Shown: in pieces, positions 24,218 through 30,204 of the stretch
How the letters are laid out: every line of letters begins with the position of its first letter
Position numbering within the stretch: position 1 is the stretch's first letter
DNA from: an uncultured Methanosarcinales archaeon
GTDB lineage: Archaea; Nanobdellota; Nanobdellia; Woesearchaeales; JAGVZT01
Reading direction: 5' to 3'
DNA length: 30,204 bases
Assembly: GCA_964419615.1 (NCBI GenBank)
Contig: CAYQPU010000020.1
Span: 1 to 30,204, forward strand
Translations under genes and position numbers: made by a program
The notes under the pieces: generated by a model
Databases searched by the model: none
The model's input: the letters and a program-made list of their open reading frames with translations, nothing else
Told to the model about the DNA's origin: nothing

Positions 24218-25212
24218 TAGGGCACCGGAACTTTGGCAAGGATCTCATCAATAATTTTATCTGTAGATACTCCTTCCGCTTGTCCTTCATAATTTAATAA
24301 GAGTCTGTGCCTAAGAACATGGTTTGCAACGGTTTTTACATCATGAGGAGTTACAAATGATCTACCCTCAATAAAAGAGACTGCTCTAGCAGCAATGCTT
24401 AATCCAATTGATCCTCTTGGAGATGCACCAAAGTCAATGTATTTTGATCCAAGCTCAAGCTTGTAATCCTTTGGATGCCTTGTCGCATTAATAAGATGCA
24501 CTATGTATTTTTCTAGTTTAGCATCCAGATAAACATTTTTAACATCTTGCTGCATCTGAATGATTTCATCAGGTGTGACAATTGCCTTTAGATCAAAATC
24601 CTCCATTTTCTTAAGCATTGTGTTTACTTTTAAGATTCTAACTTCTTCATCAACTGTTGGATACGTCATTAATAGCTTGAAAATAAACCGATCAATCTGT
24701 GCTTCTGGTAAAGGATAGGTTCCTGCTTGTTCAACTGGGTTTTGGGTAGCTAATACAAAGAAAGGTAATGGGATAGGAAATGTTTCTTTACCAATTGTTG
24801 CTTGTCTTTCAGCCATTGCTTCTAATAGAGCAGATTGTACTTTAGGTGGTGCTCTGTTAATTTCATCTGCTAGGACAATATTTGAGAATATAGGACCTTT
24901 GATTGTGTAAAATCCCTCATCTCTTTGATAAGAAGTTAAACCAACAATATCACTAGGAAGCAAGTCAGGAGTGAACTGGATCCTTGAGAATTTTGCCCCA
25001 ATAATTTTAGATAGCGTGTTAACCATGACTGTTTTTCCAATACCAGGTACTCCTTCTACAAGAACATGCCCGTTTGCAACTATTGCCACTAGAAAGCTAT
25101 TGATAATGTCTTTTTGACCGATCATAACCTTTCCGATTTCTTCTTTAATAACTACAAACTTTTTCTTATATGCTTTTAATTTCTCCTCAAACTCTTCTTC
25201 TTCCCCAGACAT
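24217..25212 (-). CDS. moxR: MoxR-family AAA+ ATPase
   Basis: EGVPGIGKT, RIQFTPDLLPSD, LADEINRAPPKVQSALLEAM, ATQNP.EQAGTYPLPEAQIDRF, GASPR. Confidence 0.96.
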   Translation of the reverse strand: MSGEEEEFEEKLKAYKKKFVVIKEEIGKVMIGQKDIINSFLVAIVANGHVLVEGVPGIGKTVMVNTLSKIIGAKFSRIQFTPDLLPSDIVGLTSYQRDEGFYTIKGPIFSNIVLADEINRAPPKVQSALLEAMAERQATIGKETFPIPLPFFVLATQNPVEQAGTYPLPEAQIDRFIFKLLMTYPTVDEEVRILKVNTMLKKMEDFDLKAIVTPDEIIQMQQDVKNVYLDAKLEKYIVHLINATRHPKDYKLELGSKYIDFGASPRGSIGLSIAARAVSFIEGRSFVTPHDVKTVANHVLRHRLLLNYEGQAEGVSTDKIIDEILAKVPVP

Positions 25213-25373
25213 AATCTAGATGCATGAAAACTACTATTTATATATTATTATCCTACTTTCAAATGGTAATCCTGATTTAAGGTATTTTTCTATAGAACCA
25301 TAGCTAGGTTTTATATTCCAATTATTCTCTTGTATCGATAGATTTAAATAAAAATATTGGCAAAAACCTGTTA

Positions 25374-27113
25374 ATGATTAAGTTATTCAAAAAGGAAAAA
25401 AAGAAAGAAAAGGAAGAAGATAAGAAAATGCCCTTGTTGCTTATTTACAGGGAGACTTTAAAAAAATTGCTTGCTTTAAAAGAAAAAGTAAAAAGAGAGC
25501 CAAATACAAATCATTCTGAAGAGTTTTTTAAGATTTTTAGGCTTTTTGCTCAGAAATTTTTTCAAATTAGATATGAGTTTACTTATCAGGAATTAGTTAA
25601 GGAAACTAATAAGATAAAACTTGGAGATGATGCTAAACAAATGTTAAAGTCTCTAGCAACTGATATGAGTGAGACTGCATTTAGTAACAAAGATTACACT
25701 GATGATAAATTGCTGCAGCAGATTATTCAATTTGAGGATCTTTTGATTCAAGTTTCAATTGAATTAAATGATCCAGAGTCAAATAAAAAACCTAAGGATG
25801 AATCTGCTGTTAAAGGAAAGAAAAATAAAACTAAGATAAAGAAAACAGCAAAAAAACTAATTAAAAAAGTTACATCAAAAAAGAAAGCACCAAAAGATCA
25901 TTTAAGGGAGATGTATGTTCTTTTTAGAAAAGGATATGAGTCTTTGGAGAAAAAAAGTTCAGTTAATGCAAAAAAAGTTCTAATTCAAATTAATGAAATG
26001 TACAAAGGACTTGCAAGCTTTGAAAAGGAGCAGTTTGATGAAGAGATTATTGAATTGCAAAAAGAAATAAATGAATTAGAAGGAAAATTTGAAAGAGAAG
26101 CTGAAAAAGATCTTTCAAATTTGTATAAGTTGTTTGCTTCTGCCTATGAAGCTTTGGAGGAATCGAAAGTTGAGCGGGCTTTGAGTATTATTGGTGAGAT
26201 TGAAAGGTTATCCCAAAATTATTCTCCAACTGAAGTTGAGCAATTTAAAATAGAAATTGAAGAACTAAGAGCAGAAGTAAGAAATATTCATGCTGAGAAT
26301 GAAAAAGAAGATTTGGATAAAATAAAAGTTGAACCTGAGCCAGAAAGTAAAATTCAAGATAAAAAGGATGTTTCTAAACAAGAAAGTAGTGTAGAAGAAT
26401 CAAAGAAAATTGTATCTACTGAAAAAACTCCGGATACAACTGGTATTGTAAAGGAAGAAAAATTAAAAACTGGGGGGGAACCAAAAGTATTTGGTAAAGA
26501 ACCTGAAGATAAGACTAAACCAGATATAGAGACCAAATCTAGTCCCAAACCAGTTAGCAAAGAAAAACTCAAAGAGGAGTTAAAACAGGAACTTAAAAAA
26601 GAGCTTAAAGAAGAACTAAAAGTAAGGGAAGATCCAAAAAGAGACATTGAGAGTGAAAAGGTTGACAAGGAGTCAGAATCAGGATTAATTACATTAGGAA
26701 AAGAAGATAAAAAAGTTGATGATCTGCATCTGGAAGCTGTTAAAAAAGATGGTGACCATTTCATAACTTCAAAACCAACTGAGGAGATTAAGGATACTGG
26801 TGCAAAAATAGCTTCTGAGACTAAGAAAGTTTCAGTTTCAGTATCAAACACAAATGAGCATGAGGATGTAAAAGTAGAAAAAGTAAAAGATACTGAACAA
26901 ATAAAGAAGCCTAAAACACAGGAAGATCTTGATGCGATGATTCATGCTGCAAAACAGCTTTTACAATCTGGAAATTATGTTGAAGCAAAATCTTATTATG
27001 ATGAGGCTATGAAATTTAAGTCGAAATTGAGCTTACAGTCAAGGACAAAAAGAAAGATTGATTATGAATTAATGGGTATAGGTGTGGATTTAAAATTATC
27101 AGGGCTCGCTTAG
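25374..27113 (+). CDS. Hypothetical highly charged protein with repeated helical hairpins and a low-complexity linker
   Basis: 579 aa, Lys/Glu-rich; three similar helical units and a KEELK-type repeat; divergent from moxR. Confidence 0.8.
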   Translation: MIKLFKKEKKKEKEEDKKMPLLLIYRETLKKLLALKEKVKREPNTNHSEEFFKIFRLFAQKFFQIRYEFTYQELVKETNKIKLGDDAKQMLKSLATDMSETAFSNKDYTDDKLLQQIIQFEDLLIQVSIELNDPESNKKPKDESAVKGKKNKTKIKKTAKKLIKKVTSKKKAPKDHLREMYVLFRKGYESLEKKSSVNAKKVLIQINEMYKGLASFEKEQFDEEIIELQKEINELEGKFEREAEKDLSNLYKLFASAYEALEESKVERALSIIGEIERLSQNYSPTEVEQFKIEIEELRAEVRNIHAENEKEDLDKIKVEPEPESKIQDKKDVSKQESSVEESKKIVSTEKTPDTTGIVKEEKLKTGGEPKVFGKEPEDKTKPDIETKSSPKPVSKEKLKEELKQELKKELKEELKVREDPKRDIESEKVDKESESGLITLGKEDKKVDDLHLEAVKKDGDHFITSKPTEEIKDTGAKIASETKKVSVSVSNTNEHEDVKVEKVKDTEQIKKPKTQEDLDAMIHAAKQLLQSGNYVEAKSYYDEAMKFKSKLSLQSRTKRKIDYELMGIGVDLKLSGLA

Positions 27114-30100
27114 AGCTTTTGAAGCTTCTTCATCCTCTTGTTCCTCTTTTCTTTCTTGTTCCTTTTTCTTTTGGAATAATCTTAACCTTCGTTTTACCCT
27201 ATGTCGTTCTAGCAAGAGTGACATCACCAATATTGTGAATATAGATACAACTGCAATAGAGTAGAGTATTATTCTTCTTCTTGATGTTGTTCCAAATACT
27301 CTGTAATAGAATCTATGGAATGCGTCTGGATTTTGGGTCATTGTTTCTTTGGATGCGATTAGATATCTGCAATATCTTGTTACTTCATCAATTATTTGTG
27401 ATGCTTCTTCAAGTCTTGAGCTGTTTATGGCTCCTTTTGCCTCTTCTAATAACTCATTTAATTCTAAGCATTCAGGATTTGATAGTAGAAAATCCCTGGT
27501 AAAACTAATTCTGGTGTTAACTTGTGTTTCATTAACAGATCCTTTCTCTATTGTTGCTAGGTGTATTTTTGCAGAATCAGAATATTCTGGGTCTGCAACA
27601 TCGGCATGAATTACTATTTCATAAGTTCCAAGCAAGTCTGGGGCTGTCATTATTAGGTTTGTTTTAGCTTCTTCTCCTGGTGCAATTGACTTGAATGAGT
27701 CTTGTGTAAATTCAAATGTTATGTCCGAATTATTTACTTCTGCAGATAGATTTATATCAGTTAGTGCTTCATCTTCATTGTTGATAAGTCTTATTGGTGT
27801 GACAACTGTGCCGTTTTTGTAAATGGTTATTGCTTCAGGTACAATTAAATCAAGGTTGAATTTAACTTGTACTTCTTCTGGGACTGGTTTTGTAATTACA
27901 CTGCTTCCTCCACCAGAGCTTTGCACCACAACTTGAGGGGTTTGACTCTCAAGCACAGTTAAAGTAATGATATTGCTTGTCACATTGGCTCCATATTCGT
28001 CTAAAGCAACAAATTGAATGTAGTCAACTCCTGAATCTTGAGGATATAGACCAACAAAATTTGTACTATTTTGTATACGTACATCTACTACTGATTCTCC
28101 TGTTACTGAAAAATTTAACTCATCTCCATCAACATCATAGAAAAAATCATCCAAGTCTATCCAAATGCCTTCTGATATGTCTTGGCTATCATACCATGTT
28201 TTGTTTTCAATCACATAGTTTATAGTAACTGTATTTAAGACAGGAGTTATATTAGTGTTATTTGTTGAAAAATTAAGAGCATATTGAATGTATCTTGCGT
28301 GAGGGCTTGTAATAGGGTTATCTGTGTTATTGCCAAAAGATACCCACTCACTCCATTCATTCCAAGTTGAGCTATCTGTGGATGTTCTTTCTCTTACATA
28401 GACCTCTGTGCTCTGATTTTTTGTTACCTCCCAGCTTATTGTGGAGTAATTAAATCCAAAATCCCTTCCTAAATTTGAGACTGACGAGGTATAATTACCT
28501 TTTGTCTGATATAAGGTTGTATAGTTTAATCTCATACTATGGTTGAATATATCCAAGTTAGTTGTACTTCCAGCATCAAAGTCCGTGTTTTCTGTGTGTA
28601 CAATTGTTCCGAAGGAAGGTCTTCTATTTGTATTGTTAACTGTTAAGTTCCAATACATTGTTGTATTTTTTTCTCCATCACTCACCATCAAGGTCACATT
28701 ATGGTTTCCCTGACTAGTAAAATTGATATCAAAGGTCCAGGAACTATCTGTGTTAGCTATACCCCCATCTAGATACCAATAGTATATCAAGGTAAGGTTA
28801 TCTGGATCAGTACTTGTATGATTGAAAAACATTGTTGTGTTTTCTGTTGCATTTATGTTAGTACCTGTAGGAAAATCAGAATAGTTGTGCCAACCAAACA
28901 CAGTTACGCTTGATACTGGTGATCCGTATGGATAAAATGTAACAATCTCTGGAGCATCATTTACAGGTTGTACTGTAAAGTTAATAGTTTCTGTTGTGAA
29001 TTTGTCTCCATCAGTTACTGTAATGTTTACAGTATAGTTTCCTACATCTGCCTGTCTTGGTGTGAAGTTGATTAATGCCTGACTTTTGGTTAGGTTATAA
29101 GTATAATTGTAAATATCAAATAAGTTAGAGCCAGAGACAAATAATCTTGAATAAGATAGGTTATCACCTTCTTCATCTGTTACATTGATAATTATTTCTG
29201 CAAGAACATCTTCAAATATACTCCCCCAAATAGAGTAATTAATAAGCGCTGGATCGAAGAAAGGAGCATCATTTACTTCGCTAATATTAATTACAAAGGT
29301 TGTGTTTGTCCATCCTCCATCATTATCTGTTGCATTCAATGTAAAATTGTGATAGCCCACCATGCTTTGGTTTGGTGTAAATTCAAAAGCTCCACCCTCA
29401 CTTATATTAAACCAAGTTGTGTTTACAGTCATATTGACTGGATCATAATCTGGGTCTGTGGCATTTATTATATATGAAAAGAGTATGTCTTCTGTTGCAT
29501 TTAAAACAGGAATAGGATAGATATAAGGTGGTCTATTGTATGTGACAACTAGAGTTCCATTTTTGGAATCTGATTTTGGTGCTGGGGTTATATCCCATAC
29601 TGTAAAATTGATAGAATAATTGCCTTCATCAGATGCATTTGCTGTAAAGTTCATTATTCCTGCAGAGGTTAAGTCAAAGTTTGCGAATCCTGTTGGTGAG
29701 ATATTATATGTAAAATTAAGATCATTAAGATCAGGGTCTGTTGCATTTAGCTGCATGTAAAAACTTTTGTTTATTTTGATCACTATTGGAAAAGTTATGT
29801 TATCCATTACTGGTTCTAAGTTTACATCAATAACCTCAAGATTAAATTGAGTTGTGTTTGATGCTCCCCAATGATCTGTTGCTGTAACTTTAATTGTATG
29901 GTTACCTACATCTGTTTGGTTAGGGGTCATTTGAAACCTTCCTTGTGTGGTGTTATCAGTCCAGTAAGGAGAGAGCATTTTGGTAAAGTTAGTCTGGAAA
30001 GTTACATTGTCTCCATCAATATCTGATGCATTTGCATATAGTCTAAAAACAGCTCCTTCCTCAATCATCTGGTCTGCGATCACTTCTATACTTGGAGGAG

Positions 30101-30204
30101 TGTTGTTCATAACCACAAGACTAAAGTTCATTGTTGTGTTGTAGGTTCCATCAGTAACATTTATTTGTATTGAGTAGTTTCCAAGGTCATTATAGTCGGG
30201 TGTG
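27099..30204 (-). CDS. Large cell-surface glycoprotein with cadherin/Ig-like repeats and a C-terminal TM anchor (5'-truncated by the window)
   Basis: Repeats of N.PP......E.....Y.I.A.DPD.D...F and FTP.Q.DVG...I.VTD, many N-x-S/T sequons, TM helix IILYSIAVVSIFTILVMSLLL and a charged tail. The frame is open from 30131 to the window end (TPDYNDLGNYSIQINVTDG). Confidence 0.9.
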   Translation of the reverse strand, partial: TPDYNDLGNYSIQINVTDGTYNTTMNFSLVVMNNTPPSIEVIADQMIEEGAVFRLYANASDIDGDNVTFQTNFTKMLSPYWTDNTTQGRFQMTPNQTDVGNHTIKVTATDHWGASNTTQFNLEVIDVNLEPVMDNITFPIVIKINKSFYMQLNATDPDLNDLNFTYNISPTGFANFDLTSAGIMNFTANASDEGNYSINFTVWDITPAPKSDSKNGTLVVTYNRPPYIYPIPVLNATEDILFSYIINATDPDYDPVNMTVNTTWFNISEGGAFEFTPNQSMVGYHNFTLNATDNDGGWTNTTFVINISEVNDAPFFDPALINYSIWGSIFEDVLAEIIINVTDEEGDNLSYSRLFVSGSNLFDIYNYTYNLTKSQALINFTPRQADVGNYTVNITVTDGDKFTTETINFTVQPVNDAPEIVTFYPYGSPVSSVTVFGWHNYSDFPTGTNINATENTTMFFNHTSTDPDNLTLIYYWYLDGGIANTDSSWTFDINFTSQGNHNVTLMVSDGEKNTTMYWNLTVNNTNRRPSFGTIVHTENTDFDAGSTTNLDIFNHSMRLNYTTLYQTKGNYTSSVSNLGRDFGFNYSTISWEVTKNQSTEVYVRERTSTDSSTWNEWSEWVSFGNNTDNPITSPHARYIQYALNFSTNNTNITPVLNTVTINYVIENKTWYDSQDISEGIWIDLDDFFYDVDGDELNFSVTGESVVDVRIQNSTNFVGLYPQDSGVDYIQFVALDEYGANVTSNIITLTVLESQTPQVVVQSSGGGSSVITKPVPEEVQVKFNLDLIVPEAITIYKNGTVVTPIRLINNEDEALTDINLSAEVNNSDITFEFTQDSFKSIAPGEEAKTNLIMTAPDLLGTYEIVIHADVADPEYSDSAKIHLATIEKGSVNETQVNTRISFTRDFLLSNPECLELNELLEEAKGAINSSRLEEASQIIDEVTRYCRYLIASKETMTQNPDAFHRFYYRVFGTTSRRRIILYSIAVVSIFTILVMSLLLERHRVKRRLRLFQKKKEQERKEEQEDEEASKALSEP

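Noticed and set aside
85-28225. The many short ORFs nested in or antisense to long genes in the track
   Set aside because: They are shadow frames of well-supported genes with no independent motifs.

Overview
AT-rich archaeal chromosomal window, most likely from a DPANN lineage such as Woesearchaeota. The basis is an archaeal-type AlaRS, TATA/BRE promoters, bulge-helix-bulge (BHB) tRNA introns and DPANN-style hypothetical genes; the taxonomy is inference. Housekeeping content: alaS, truD, a sugar-phosphate nucleotidyltransferase, a TPR protein, a UvrD-type helicase with RecQ-type RQC and HRDC domains, a UPF0104 membrane protein with a glycoside hydrolase, a MoxR-DUF58-vWA operon, and a large glycosylated surface protein cut by the window end. 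A roughly 7-kb integrative element (13-bp att repeats at 3998-4010 and 10970-10982) sits in the 3' end of an intron-containing tRNA-Thr(UGU). It carries a tyrosine integrase, a RepB/AEP primase, regulators and cargo. The most striking signal is not in the ORF track. Region 19472-19919 is a 75-nt tRNA-Arg(CCU) interrupted by three introns (169, 64 and 140 nt, at positions 19/20, 37/38 and 59/60). The two long introns share a 64-nt ungapped module whose stem differences are almost all compensatory, and the middle intron looks like a box C/D guide RNA. A second unexplained GC-rich structured RNA candidate (3740-3827) lies divergent from tRNA-Thr. All assignments were made by eye from motifs; no database searches were run.
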